Below are positions 50,561 through 64,000 of a stretch of DNA of 64,000 nucleotides, piece by piece (within the stretch, counting starts at the first letter, position 1; every line of letters begins with the position of its first letter). The notes beneath the pieces were generated by a model. That model searched no databases, had not been told where the DNA came from, and worked only from the letters and a program-made list of their open reading frames with translations. The position numbers were made by a program, and so were the translations under genes. The DNA comes from Callorhinchus milii (taxonomy: Eukaryota): positions 682,001 to 746,000 of the forward strand of contig NW_024704743.1 in assembly GCF_018977255.1 (NCBI RefSeq), read 5' to 3'.

Positions 50561-53500
50561 AGATTACAACATGAGGGGCGTCAACGAGGCAATCGCCTCA
50601 CAATCAAAAGCATTAATTACATTAAAATTACATTAAAAGCGCCTTTCACGTCAGGAGGAGTTGTTCAAAGTGTGACTGTGTATTCTTGTAAGCAAAGGCG
50701 GCAGCTCGTCTACACGGCAATGGTCCACGAACAGCCATAAAGTGCATAATAATAATAATTATAATAATAATCCTTGCATTTGATCCAGCGCCTTATCACG
50801 TCTTCGAGACGTCTCAAAGCTGCCTCACGGGATACAGCGTAAAGCGAATCGACTGCGTATTGTGTGGGCGAACGGTCATTTGTGTCCGGGGGAATTGTTG
50901 GCCAGGACACCGAGGGAGAGAGAGAGAGAGAGCGAAACTCCCTTCTCGAATCGTGCCCCGGGTCCCTTTAACGCCTTAACTGTTGGTCTTATCGCCTTAA
51001 CGGGGTGATGGTCTTCACCCTGGCACGGCTGCTCACACGACCTTGTCCACTATCTCCTGAGGTGCCAACGAAACCTTTTTGACTGACGAAAGAGGTTCAA
51101 CGTAAGCTCTTTAGAGCAGCTCTCTCTCTCTCTCTCTCTCTCTCGCTTTCCTCGAATCACCAGGGGACAGAGAGAGAGAGAGAGAGAGAGAGTGAGAGTG
51201 AGAAAAAATATAGTGTAATTACAGTAAGAGCTTAATGCATGAACGTGATTTATTACCATAGCAATGGGTTCAGCTCAGTGCAGTGCACCCTTAAAATGAC
51301 GGCGTTTCCAGGGCTATTGCTATCTCCCCTGAGCTCACTGGTTTTGCTCGAGTTACTGGCTCAGGCTCAGAAACACCACCGCTAAAGGAGTAATAAAACA
51401 CACTCACGGTGTCAGGAAATATTCATGTTAAATATTAATTTGGAGTCCTGTAACCCAGTGGTTCAGTAGGGAGAGGACCTGGGCCGGCACGGCGAAACCT
51501 TAGGCAAATTTCCTTACTTGTTCGTCGATTGGCGGATTCCGAAGGGTAATAATCCCTTCAAAAATAATAATAATCATAATAATTTAGTCACCTCAATCCA
51601 CGACTGTTTCCGGGGCATTGCTGTGCGCAATTGGCTGCCGCGTTTCGTCGACAAAATACACACTTTACAATATGTTCTGCAAAGCGCTTTGAGACATTGG
51701 AACAATGTGATAAGGCGCTCTATCAAATGCAAGGATTATTATTAAATATATATATTGTTATCAGACCACAAATAAAGGCGCTGTATAAACATAAATTGCA
51801 ATGTTATTTCCACAGGGATGGAAGTTAGACACGAGATAATAATAATAATAATAATAATCCTTGCATTTGATACAGCGCCTCATCACATCTTCGAGACGTC
51901 TCAAAGCGCTTCACAGGAGATACTGTAAAGTGAATTGACTGTATATTTGTGGGCAAAACGCGGCGGCCAATTGCGCACAGCAGCGTCCCCACAAACAGCT
52001 GTGGATTGCAGCGCCCAATTTTTTTTTTGGAAAGAATTATTAACCCCCGGAAAAGTGATCCATCAATCGACTAACAACCGGGTTCCTGGGTTAACAGAAG
52101 CTTGTGGAGTAATTTGCGAGGCAAGTGGTCCAACCACTGAGCTACAGGACTCCACTGTGGGTTTCTCCTGGAGGGTTTCAAGACTCCATGGGTGTATGAA
52201 AGATAGAGACTTGAAGGGATATGGATAAGCCGAGTATGAAGACTGAATCGACTATTTACGAAGGGAAACACTTGGGACTCTTCCCACTCAGCTCCTGTTA
52301 ACCCTGCAAACTAAAGCCCTAACGGGTAGGGTGGTCCTAGTTGGACAAGCAGCGGGAAGACAGGGCTCTCAATGGCAAGTTATATGGTTTTAGCTGTGGT
52401 TAGACTCCAGCAGTTCCCCCAACGCACACTCTGGAGGTCCCCCAAGCCTTGGCTCTTCCCCCCGACCCCACGCCTAATACGCTCTGGGATGAGGTGAGCA
52501 GGAGGCGTCCCTCCAGGGAGCGAGTGTGCATTCCATTCTCTTGTGGGCACGTTCTCGGTAGTTTGGTTCAGATACTCTTTAACCATGAGGTTTATTGGCT
52601 TAAGCACCGGGAGAAACTGCCTCCTCCTAATGAAGAGTGTCACAAAGAACATCTTGTTCGTGGCGATCGATTCACACTTTCCATCTCAACACCCACCCCC
52701 CAACTCCTCCGTTTCCCCCCTTCCTCCTCCACCCCTCCTCCTCTCTTCCCCCACGGCCTCTCCTCCGTCCAACTCCTCTGCTCTCCACTTCCCCTCCGTC
52801 CCTACTCAATTCCCTCCCTTTCCCTCTCCGCATCCTCTCCCTCCCCTTCAACTTCTTCCCCATCCATTTCCTCCCTCTCACACCACTTCCTCTCCGATTC
52901 CCCCCCTCCCCACTTCCCCCCCCGCCCCACCATCCCTCCCTTCACTTTCCGCTCCTCGTCCTGCCACATTCTCCCTCTTCTGCTCTACTTCATCTCTCCG
53001 CTCCCTCCCTCTCCCATCTCCCCTCACCTCAAACGAAGCCCCCTCCCCCCCGCACTTCCTGCCATGATACCCGCCACCCCACCGCCCGGTCGGCCCCTCT
53101 CAGGCTTATCAGAGAGAGAGCCAGGATTTCCTTTTACGGATCCTTGCGTCCATCAGACCTCAGCAGCGTGACATGTGCTGAAATGCCGAGCCGGGCTGCT
53201 ATTAATACCCGACTGAGAGCATTGTTTTCTCATCTCTCCTCTGCTGATCATCCACTGAGCGCTCACTCGCTCACCAGCCAGGGCCCGGTGTCCCACACAG
53301 GAATGCCCGGCTCGGTGACCCTGGGAATGCCAAGCATTGTGCCCGCTGTACATCAGGTCGTTTGTGCCGTGAGGGGGTGGAGGTGGGATGTCAGTCAGCT
53401 CCTGAGAACAAGGCAGCTCTCAGCCCAGCCGACGGCAGAGACCTTCTCAATACCGGGTGGCACAGAGAGAAACAGCCTTGTTCCCCACCCTTCAAATGTC

Positions 53501-56438
53501 TAACACAGGGGTCTCAATACCCCACTCCCCTCCCCTGCCGCCCCATCTCCCATCCAGTATGGGGCTGTGGAGCGCAGCAGCATATAGTTACAGCGCTCGC
53601 CTCGCAAGCAAGAGGACCAGGGTTTGATTCCCGGCTGGTCAGAGAAGTTTCCTTACTCCTTTACTCCACACACAGACGCCAGCAGTAAGTAGGAACTCAG
53701 TCGTTAGTCGATTGGCGGATCACTTTCTGGGGCTAAGAATTCCCCCCTCCCCACCCGCCCCCGAAAAAAAATGTTTTCACAGAACATACCGTAAGGTGAA
53801 TTGTGTATTTTATGGGCAAAACTCAGCAGCCACTTGCGCACAGAGGTGTCCCACAAACAGTCGAGGATTGAGTGACTAAATTATTTCTTATTTTTTTGAA
53901 GGGATTATTATCCCCGGAAAAGCCATCCATCAATCGACTGACATCCGGGTTCCTCCTGACTGCCACTAAAACAGAGGCATGGCGTGTCGAGTAAGGAAAC
54001 TTGCCTAAGATTTTGCCCTGGCCGGGAATCGAACCCGGGTCCTCTCGCTTGCAAGGCGAGCGCTCAAACCACTGAGCTACAAAAACTTTTAGAAGGGAAG
54101 GGGGGAACTGGGACTCTTTGCTCGTTGGATGGGCTCTGGCAAAATGCCATTTCAAATTCAACACTCAGACAGTAATCCTTATGGAATCTTGTTTATGGCT
54201 TGGGACCTCACGGACAAAATACTGGCATACGAGCAGAATTCCCGAACGGGGATGTTATATCAGTACCAAATCATCACAAGCAATAGGGGCAAAACACCTT
54301 TCCAGTGATATCTTAATTGTGCGCGTTCAGGCCCAACAGGAACACAGTGCGTCACCCTTCATTATAATAAATAACAATAATAATAATCCTCGCATTTGAT
54401 ACAGCGCCTTATCAGGTCTTCGAGACTTACCAAAGCGCTTCGCAGACTACACCGTGAAGTGTAGCGACGGTGCATTTTGCGTCCCCGCAGACAGTCGAGG
54501 ATTGAGTGGCCAAATTCACAGAATTGTACAGCGCAGAATAGATTGCTTTTATTCATATTGGATAGGAATTATTACTCCCGTTAAAGCCATTCGCCAATCG
54601 ACTAACAATCGACCTCCTACTTACTCCCTTCCTATTTATAAACTCATTGGAAACCTTAAATTGACGTGATCAGAAAGCTGTGGCTGCACTCATTTGAGTG
54701 GAGAATGTTAAGAGGGAATCTAATAAGAGACCTCTTCAAAATGATGCCAGGTTTTAAGGAGAAAGCGTGACAGATTATGCTGACTGCGTGCTAAATTGCC
54801 AAATTTAGAGCCTCGAAAGGGGAAGGCGACAGATTTTTTTTTTTCGAGACATCACAAAGGGCGATTGTGATGTGAAATGCATTAGCGCAAGTGGCGACTG
54901 AATTTTGGGTCAATTAGCTCATTTCAAAGGGAATTAAGTGAACTCTCAGCGGGAAAGTGTGAGGGAGGGAAAGAGCAGGGGCTGTGCGGATGAGTGCCGA
55001 GAGCTCCAGTGGGGCATCAAGCACCAATCTAGGCTCGAGGTGCCAAACGTCCTCCTTATGAACTGAAGTTGCTACGATTCTAAGAATAACTGAAGCCCCG
55101 GGTTACAGATGCGCACTTCCCTCACCACATACACACATATGCATGATAATAATAATAATAATAATAATCCTTGCATTTGATATAGGGCCTTATCACGTCG
55201 TTGAGACATCTCAACAGTCACACATACACACACACACACACGCACCTTATACCACATACATCGTGCACAAATACACACTGGAACCCGGCTCGCTGGTCTG
55301 TGCCTGTTCTTGGGTGGATATTTTGGATCTCGCGGCGCTATTTTGAAAAGGGGAAGGGAGTTTCTCCAAACCAAATCGGTCGCTCACTTTGTGGGCCGTT
55401 TGCGGGACGTCGCTGCGTGCGAATTGCCTGCCGCGTTCGCCCGCGAAATGCGCGGTCACTGCGCTTCCCATTGCAACGCTGCATCAAGTGCGAAAGGGTC
55501 CCTGATCGTTGATTGCTATTATTATAACTTGCGATACACGAATGTTCCATTTCCAGCCATGCCACCTGCTCCCCCCGTGCGGACAGGAATACACAAACAT
55601 AAACAAAAGGGCCTTCTCACGACTGCTCTTGGCCCCCAGATGCAGGCGAGCAAATTGGCTGCCAGGACCCAATAAAGTGGTGGAACAAGCCGCATGGTCT
55701 CTCCCCCGCCCCGTACCTGTTGGGCTGTGTTCCATTTGCTTACAACAACAACTTGTTGTACATAGGGGGTACATAGGAACAGGAGGAGGCCATTCAGCCC
55801 CCTCGAGCATGTTCCGCCATTCTATAAGATCGTGGCTGTCTGTACTTCAACACCGGTTACGTGCCTTTGCCCCGGGATCCCTTGATCCCCTGACCTAACA
55901 AACGTTTATCCACTTACAAGGTGCGCACTGCACTTTACGGTAAAATCCCGTGAAGCCCTCCGGGACGTCCTCCTGACGGGAAGGAGGGCGCTGAACCAGA
56001 CGGAAGGATTATTATTACTAACAGCCAACGGATATTATTAATGACACGTTAATAAACACACGGTACATTTTCTTCGAGGTGGAGCACTTTCGAGACGTCT
56101 CATAAAATAATTACAACATAATAATAATCCCTGCGTTTGATGCAGGGCCTGGTCACGGCTTCGAGACGTCTCAAAGCGCTTCACAGGATACGCTGTGATG
56201 GGAAGTGACTGTGTATTTTGTGGGCGAAGCAACGCAATAAGGCGCTCTATCAAATGCAAGTATTATAATATGATTATTAACATCGACCGGGAACCAGGCA
56301 GACTGGCCGATCTGTACCTCGATTCGATTTGCTCCGTAATCCCTCGATGTCAAACGCAAGAAGAATTACCATTATTATTATTTTTAAAACTATTACCGTT
56401 GTGATTACGAACAAGAAACCGGAGCCAGGGCTCGATAC

Positions 56439-56486
56439 CTCTGGCGTGACCGAGGCTTGACGTTTCGAGAAAACTGCCCGGAGCAG
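56439..56486 (-). CDS. SCN5A: Candidate 48-nt in-frame cassette exon in the DII-DIII linker (LLRAVFSKRQASVTPE)
   Basis: Pyrimidine-rich acceptor gtccttcaatttacag and donor GAG|GTATCG. Phase 0/0, no stop, unique sequence. No homology support. Confidence 0.4.
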
Positions 56487-57085
56487 CTGTAAATTGAAGG
56501 ACAACGGTGCAAAGAGAGACAGTGTGACCCAACACATTCCAGGAAGCTATTCGGCTCCTCAGGGAACTGACACATGGCAGTCAGCATCCGCTCACGTGGG
56601 CACAAATGCCTCAGCTCAGCCTCATACTTGTCCTCACCTTTAAAGCCTTTCACGGTCTCTCCCCTCCCCGCTCTCGGCTCCGGCCTGCTCCATATTCCCC
56701 CCCCCCCCACCACCCCCGTGCATTTCAACCTCTCCGTCCCCCCCCCCCTCCCACTCCCCACTCCCCACTCCCCTCCACCCATCCTTTGGAACTCCATTCC
56801 ACAGTCCCTTCACCTCCCCCCTCTCCCTAACCCTAACCCCCCCCCCACCCCTTCCCCCACCCACCCACCCACCCTCACTTGCCTATTTCAAGGCCCGTCT
56901 GAAGACCCTCCTCTTCGATCGTGCCTCCGGTCACCCTCCTACCCCCACCGTCCCTCCCCTCTGCCCCCTCCTGATCCCAACTCCCAACTCGGGTGGAAAT
57001 CCTTGACCGTTCAGTGCCTTGGCACGTCCTCATGATCGATGTGAAAGCTGCATATAAATGGACTTTATACCCCTCCTCCCCCTGT

Positions 57086-57605
57086 CCAGCCCAGCACAGC
57101 CCACCACAGCCCAGCACAGCCCACCACAGCCCAGCACAGCCCACCACAGCCCAGCACAGCCCAGCACAGCCCACCACAGCCCAGCACAGCCCACCACAGC
57201 CCACCACAGCCCAGCACAGCCCAACACAGCCCAACACAGTCCAGTACAGCCTAACACAGCCCAGCTCAGCCCAACACAGCCCAGCACAGCCCACCACAGC
57301 CCAGCTCAGCCCAGCTCAGCCCAACACAGCCCAGCACAGCCCACCATAGCCCAGCACAGCCCACCACAGCCCAGCACAGCCCACCACAGCCCACCACAGC
57401 CCAGCACAGCCCAACACAGCCCAACACAGTCCAGTACAGCCTAACACAGCCCAACTCAGCCCAACACAGCCCAGCTCAGCCCAACACAGCCCAGCACAGC
57501 CCACCACAGCCCAGCTCAGCCCAGCTCAGCCCAACACAGTCCAGCTCAGCCCAGCTCAGCCCAACACAGCCCAGCTCAGCCCAACACAGCCCAGCCCAGC
57601 ACTGC
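57086..57605. repeat. 10-bp minisatellite (CAGCCCAGCA, CAGCCCACCA, CAGCCCAACA, CAGCCCAGCT variants), ~52 units
   Basis: Exact 10-bp periodicity. A variant block repeats at 180-bp spacing. Confidence 0.95.
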
Positions 57606-58849
57606 ACAGTCCAGCACAGTGTAGTGCAGCGCGGACCAGCCCAGCAGAGGCCAGCCTTACGTGCTTGACCTCGTGTTGCAGCAATAACAAATCGACAACA
57701 CCGCCCCCCCCCAAAAAAAAAAGAGCATGAACCTTTGCGCTAAGTATAGTGCATTGGCTGGAGAAATCACTGCAGGGCAACAGAGTGAGATGAAGCCTAC
57801 CCCTCACCCCCCCACCACGCCCCACCGCCCCCCCCACTCCTCCCCCCCCAAAAAAAAAAACAGCAAGAAAAAAACGAGAACAAATGTTTTTTCCATAGAC
57901 GGTAACGGCTCCGAGACCTGTCACTGTCTCTTTGCTTTGCCGTCTTCACCTGCTCCGGCTCTCAGTCAGCGGTAAGTGACCCCACACAAAGGCGTCTGTC
58001 ACCCCCGGAATGGAGCACCTGCTGCTCACACGGCCCTCAGTCAATGCTTCCGATAGCGCTCGGTCGAAAAAATGTTAATCCCAGCATTTGGGGAGGGGGG
58101 GGCAGGGGGCCGCGAGGATGGGGGGTTAGGATTGGGGGTGGGGGGGGGGAAGAGGAGGGTGGGGGAGTGATGGAGGAGCGGAGGAGGAATGGGAGCCAGG
58201 AGGGAGGGAGGAGGGGAGGAGTGGGGGGAGAGGAGGGAGATGGGGGGGAGGAGGGGAGGAGTGGGGGGGAAGGAGGGGAGGAGTGGGGGGAGAGGAGGGG
58301 GGAGGAGTGGGGGCAGAGGAGGGGGGAGGAGTGGGCGAGGAGGAGTTTAGGAGGGGGAGAGGAGGGGGGAGGAGTGCGGCAGAGGAGGGGGGCAGAGGAG
58401 AGGGGAGGAGTGAGGGAGGAGTGGGGGAGGAATGGGAGTCAGTTTGTGGGGACGCCGCTGGGCGCGATCGGCTGCCGCCTCTCCCCCCACAAAACACACA
58501 GTCACTCCACTTTGCAGCATATTCTTCGAAGCGCTTTGAGGCGTGTCGAGGATGTGATGTAGCAAACGCGAGGTTAATTTTTTTTTTCGGAAACAAAAGG
58601 GTGATGGCGGGTGGTTTTTTTTTTCCCCTTCCTGACCCTTCGCGTCGCAAATCACATCGTCCCCTCACGCCAGCGCCAGGACACGAGTAAACGTGAGACT
58701 TCCTGCCAACGCCAAAGGCCTTAGGTATTAATATAAATATAAATTGTCTCCGAGAATCCCCCAAATTCTCCTGAGCCGAACGGGTTCACCAAACTCCAGG
58801 ACACCGCTGTAAATCCCTCCCATTCCTTGCACACTCAGCCCAGAAGGCA

Positions 58850-58998
58850 ACCCTTTCCTTACACACTCGGATCTGAGACCAACCCTTTCCTTACACACTC
58901 GGCTCTGAGACCAACCCTTTCCTTACACACTCGGCTCTGAAACCAATCCTTTCCTTACACACTCGGCTGAGAGCAATGATTTCCTTACACACTCGGCT
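58850..58998. repeat. 31-bp minisatellite CCCTTTCCTTACACACTCGGCTCTGAGACCA, ~5 units
   Basis: Direct observation, ~150 nt into the intron after the exon 17 equivalent. Confidence 0.9.
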
Positions 58999-59151
58999 GC
59001 ACTGGGCCGGGCTTGACGTCCCTTGGGGACTGAGGAACGGGTCGCTCTCACGCCTGAGCGCGTAAGGAGAGGGTTCGCCCCCACGACCCCACGCTGACAG
59101 TCCCCCCCACCCACCACACACACACACACCTCCCACCCGGCCCCTGCTCAC

Positions 59152-59580
59152 CTCCTCGCTGATTGCGTTCTCGGTGAAGGTGCTCAGCTCCTCCTCGTCC
59201 TCCCGACACTCCGAGTACGACTCCACAGCGGCGATGGGCACGCACACCGTCAGCCCGGGAGCCGCCGCGGCCTCCAGCCCCAGCCCCACCGCCGTCCCGT
59301 TCCCGTTCTCGTTCCCGTTGCCCGAGACGGGCTTCCCGTCGCCCGGGTGGCTAATGACCCGGCAGGTGGGCAGCTCCAGGGCCTTCTCACCCTGTCCCCG
59401 GCCCGAGGGCTTGCACATGCCCAGGAAGAGCTCGCCCGCCGCGCCCTTGGCCACGGAGAATCCGTGCTGGATCCTGGCGAGCGCGATCTGCAGGTTGTTC
59501 ATCTCCCCGTCCTCGTCTGGCGAGCTCAGGTTGTCGGCGCTGAAGGAGCTCAGCAGCAAGGCCAAGAAGAGGTTGAGCAC
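59152..59580 (-). CDS. SCN5A: Nav1.5-like exon (human exon 17 equivalent): end of DII-S6 and DII-DIII linker
   Basis: 429 nt: [18 protein letters not shown]...[12 protein letters not shown]...[16 protein letters not shown] bounded. Upstream exons lie beyond 64000. Confidence 0.93.
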
Positions 59581-60315
59581 CTGAGGGAGAGCGACAAACC
59601 CCACCACAAGTTACACAGCAAACCACAGCGTCACAATAGCAAACACCCTATCGCTCGGCCCACGGCTGCCGCGTTTCGCCCGGAAAAAACGTATGGTCCA
59701 CTTCGCTTCGCGGTCTATTCCGCGAAGCGCTTTAAGACGTCTCGAAGACCCGACAAGGCCCGGCGTCGAACGGAAGGATTGTTAATTATATTATTATTAT
59801 TATTTGTACAGTAAGCGTGCAAATAATAATGACGTTATTATTATCAATAATAATAGACACGGAGAGAGAGAGAGAGAGACGGTGGAAGCAAATTCGATAG
59901 GTTTCCGTTAGGAAACGGTAGCTTGGGGTACAGAGTGTCGCTTGGGACACGACCCCCACGATGGCGGAAGGTGAACCGAATGGCTTTGACCTCGAAGTCT
60001 CCATCATGGTCTCCACGCCTGGTTTAGGCATCCGACTCCAGAGAGGGTTGACTCGATTCCAACACCCCGCTGAACTCGGAGGAAGTTCAGCTCTGTACAG
60101 ATCCCCAACAACCCCCTCCCCAACCACCCTCCCCCCCCCCCCCCACCCTCACCCCACCACCGCACCCTGTCCCCAACTCGTGAGGATAATTATCCATAAG
60201 TTGCTGTAAATTGTCAGCAAGTTTCCGTGCGGGACATTGTGCAGGAGATAGAGTGGGAGTCTGGTTTTGTGAACCAAGTGGTCCTAACAATAATAATAAT
60301 AATAATAATAATCCT

Positions 60316-60417
60316 TTCTTCTGACCTTGTTATCGACCTGAAACGTTAACTCGTTTTCCTCTCTCCGTAGAGGCTGCCTGACCTGCCGCCTGTTCCAAAC
60401 TGCTTCCGTCTTTGTGC
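60316..60417 (+). mobile_element. Short Penelope-like (hammerhead-associated) insertion with a 7-bp target-site duplication
   Basis: CTGA...TCGACCTGAAACGTTAACTC...GCTGCCTGACCTGC resembles shark Penelope ends as recalled. Flanked by TAATCCT at 60309-60315 and 60418-60424. Confidence 0.55.
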
Positions 60418-61966
60418 TAATCCTCGCGTTTGACGCAGCGCCTTATCGCGTGGCTCGGACGTCTCAAAAGCCCTTCTCAGAATGCATCGCAAAAACGTAG
60501 ATTGGCTGTACAGTGGTGGGCGAAACGGGACGGCCAATTGCGCCCAGCAGCGTCCTCACAAACAAATCATTATTATTATTTTTGAAGGGGATTATTACCC
60601 CCGGAAAAGCCATCCGTCTCCGGGGTACCCAACTAGGTAAACAGAGGGGTGCGGAGTAAGGAAACTTGCCTAAAGTTTCGCCCTGCCCTGAAGATGGGGA
60701 AGGGAGGGGGCAAGGCAGAGAGCGAGTCTAAGCCACATCGCCATCTCCGGGCTCGTGGAGGTCAGACTTCTTTTGCTACTCGCGTTTCGTAGTGAGTGAG
60801 GCACTGGCAATGCTACCGACGCTCCACAACTATGCAGGAATGGCGATTTCGGGAATGTCCCCTTGCCTTCCCCCCCTCTCCCCCTCCCCTCCCCTCCCCT
60901 CCCCTCCTCACCGCAGGGTAAATAAATACATGTTAAAAAAAAACGCCCCATTAAAAAAAAAACAGGGCAAAGGCAGTGTAGTAGTCGGACGGCATCTGTC
61001 TCTGCGAGGGATTGGGGGCTTTGAGGTTAAATATAGGCGGGTGATGGAATCCCTCACAGAGCGCTGTGGCTCCAGTGAGCCTCACCACAACAATGTCGAC
61101 TGTGGAATGCCACAAGTCAGCCCAAGAATCACTGAACCGCGCAGCGTTACACAGCGCTGGGTCACCGCCTGTGCCTGTGCCCGCATCACCTGTCTTTTCA
61201 TCCTCGTGAGTCGGCCTCACCCGCCCCTCTCTACCCACCCACCCACCCACCCACCCTACCCACCGCGCTCCCCGCACACTTCACTGCACCTCCCGGTAGC
61301 AAGTCGGTTAGAGCGCTCACCAGCAAAGGGGAATGGAGAGGGTGGGATGGGGGGGCGCGGAGAGGGGGGGACAGAGGGGTGGGGGAGATGAGGGTAGAGG
61401 GGTGCGGGAGAGGGGGATAGAAGGGTATGGGAGAGGGGAATAAAGGGGTGGAAGAGAGAGAGAGGGAATAGATGTGAATGTAAACACCGGCACAGATGAG
61501 CTGGGCTGAACGGCTTGCGTGTGCGTGCGCGTGTGCGTGCGTGTGTGAGAGACTGGCTAATTCCACGCGAGTTGCGTTCCCCCCCTCCCACCCCCCCCAC
61601 CCTCTCGTCAGAAGGACGGAGGTGCCAGGGTTCGGAGCGGAGTGTTTGAAGCCCGCTGGCTTGAAAGAAAAGCAGCGAGCGCCTTTTAGTGTTAATTTCA
61701 GGGCTGGTAACTAAGGAAACCCACGGCCCTGTGTAGGTGCGACTGCGGACGTACTCAATGGCCCGAGGCCTCATTTTGTTGCCATCGATTCAGTCCGTTT
61801 GCGCTCGTACAATGAACCTGACTCACGGCTCACCCTCCGAGGTTGCCGTCTGCCTTGTATTTATAGAACATTAGCGCAGGCTATGAAAGAATGTGCGGCC
61901 ATTATTCATTCGATTAATCTTCTGGAGTTTGAATTACGATTTGGATTTGCACTGGATGCATCTCCA

Positions 61967-63178
61967 ACACACACACACACACACACAGAGACACATACAC
62001 ACACAGAGGTGACACACACATAGAGACACACACACACACACACAGAGAAACGTACATACATAGAGAGACACACACACATAGAGACACACACACAGAGACA
62101 GGTACACACACAGAGGTGACACACACATAGAGACACACACACACACACACACACAGAGAAACGTACATACATAGAGAGACACACACACATAGAGACACAC
62201 ACACAGAGACACATACACACACAGAGGTGACACACACATAGAGACACACACACACACACAGAGAAACGTACATACATAGAGAGACACACACACATAGAGA
62301 CACACACACAGAGACAGGTACACACACAGAGGTGACACACACATAGAGACACACACACACACACACACACACACAGAGAAACGTACATACATAGAGAGAC
62401 ACACACACATAGAGACACACACACAGAGACACATACACACACAGAGGTGACACACACATAGAGACACACACACACACACAGAGAAACGTACATACATAGA
62501 GAGACACACACACATAGAGACACACACACAGAGACAGGTACACACACAGAGGTGACACACACATAGAGACCACACACACAGAGACAGGTACACACCACAG
62601 AGGTGACACACACATAGAGACAACACACACACAGAGACAGGTACACACACAGAGCACACACATAGAGAACACACACACACACAGAAACGTACATACATAG
62701 AGAGACACACACACATAGAGACACACACACAGAGACAGGTACACACACAGAGGTGACACACACATAGAGACACACACACACACACAGAGAGAAACGTACA
62801 TACATAGAGACACACACACACATAGAGACACACACACACAGAGACACGTACACACACAGAGACACACACACACACACACACACAGAGAAACGTACATACA
62901 TAGAGACACAGACACACACACAGAAACGTACATACATAGAGAGACACACACACACATAGAGACACACACACACAGAGACACGTACACACACAGAGACACA
63001 CACACACACACACACACACACAGAGACACGTACACACACAGAGAGACACCCACACACATAGAGACACACACAAACAGAGAGAGACACACACAGACACACA
63101 CAAACTCAGCCACACAAACACACACACAGACTCACACACTAAGACACACATACGCACAGACACACCCACACACACTGT
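61967..63178. repeat. Higher-order (CA)n-derived minisatellite (~120-bp units marked by GAAACGTACATACATAGAGA and GAGGTGACAC)
   Basis: Direct observation. It accounts for the spurious C/V-rich ORFs. Confidence 0.95.
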
Positions 63179-64000
63179 CAACATGTCAACACGCTTCTAC
63201 TGTGTTGCTAACATAGGATCAACAACAACAACAACTTCCATTTACACAGCGGCCCTCACGTGGGGTAGCATCTCGGAGCGATTGACAGTGGCGGAGTCTG
63301 ACCCCGAGCCAGGAGGGGTAGGGAGGGAGGGAGGGGGGGAGAGAGAGAGAGGGAGGGAAGGGGGAAGGTGACCTTAAGGACGATCAAAAAAGGAAGGTCT
63401 TCAGGTGGGATTTGAAAGTGGGGAGGAAGGGGGCGAGGCGGAGGGATCGAGGGAGAGAGTTCGGGAGTTTCGGGGCGTAGCGGCTGAAACATCAGCCGAT
63501 CAGTCTGGCTCAGTCCTCGTGTTTGCAGTTTATCTAGCGGACTGGGTATAGCGTCTTCGAGACGTCTCAAACCTCTTCACAGGATATACTGTAAAGCGGT
63601 TTTCACTGCGCATTTTTTATTGCATGAGCGAAACGCGGCAGCCAGTCGCGCACAGCGGCGTCCCACAAACAGCCGAGCAGTTGGGCGCTGGTGTTTTTTT
63701 CCCCCGGAAACCCTAGACTCCCCAGTGTTTGCAAACATCGTTGCCGGATCGATTGACCCCAGGAACCATCTCTGTGCCAGACGTCAGGAGCGAGAGGGAC
63801 GAGAAACTCGAGACGAGAGAGAGAGAGAGGAGCCAAGGAGACTGCAGAGCACAGCCCTGTGTGTCTGAGCCGAGTAACATCGGTGCTGGCTGTAAACCCT
63901 GTCTGTTAACACATCAGAGTTATAAATACATCTTCCTTTACAACTGCTTCCCAGCCAGCGAGAGAACAAGAACGTTAGGCGGGACTTGAAAGAGGGGAGA

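Noticed and set aside
57086..58998. Regular short repeats as a CRISPR-like array
   Set aside because: Head-to-tail tandem units without unique spacers, in a vertebrate intron.
61906..63184. ~400-aa Cys/Val-rich ORFs (also 6027-6744, 12753-13539, 34867-35571, 56875-57507)
   Set aside because: Translations of micro/minisatellites.

Overview
Vertebrate genomic DNA, intron-rich and dense in repeats. The repeat families suggest a cartilaginous fish, probably a chimaera (inference). Three minus-strand genes lie in tandem. (1) The 3' two-thirds of an SCN5A/Nav1.5-type voltage-gated sodium channel gene (59580 to 25294), from DII-S6 to the C-terminal PY and PDZ motifs, with the conserved AT-AC intron. 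(2) A short, apparently non-coding 5'TOP snoRNA host gene (~12240 to ~9215) carrying two intronic SNORA9-like H/ACA snoRNAs. (3) ACAA1, the peroxisomal 3-ketoacyl-CoA thiolase: nine coding exons with a PTS2 signal, with the 3' end outside the window. The most striking observation is two intact, diverged 123-nt copies of the exon encoding the domain III S3-S4 voltage sensor, probably spliced mutually exclusively. Also noted: an Asp-to-Ser change in the DIII outer pore ring, a candidate 48-nt cassette exon in the DII-DIII linker, and no MYD88-to-EXOG gene block between ACAA1 and SCN5A. The rest is tRNA-derived SINEs, Deu-domain SINEs, CR1/L2 fragments, MITEs and micro/minisatellites. All comparisons with human genes are from memory; no searches were run.
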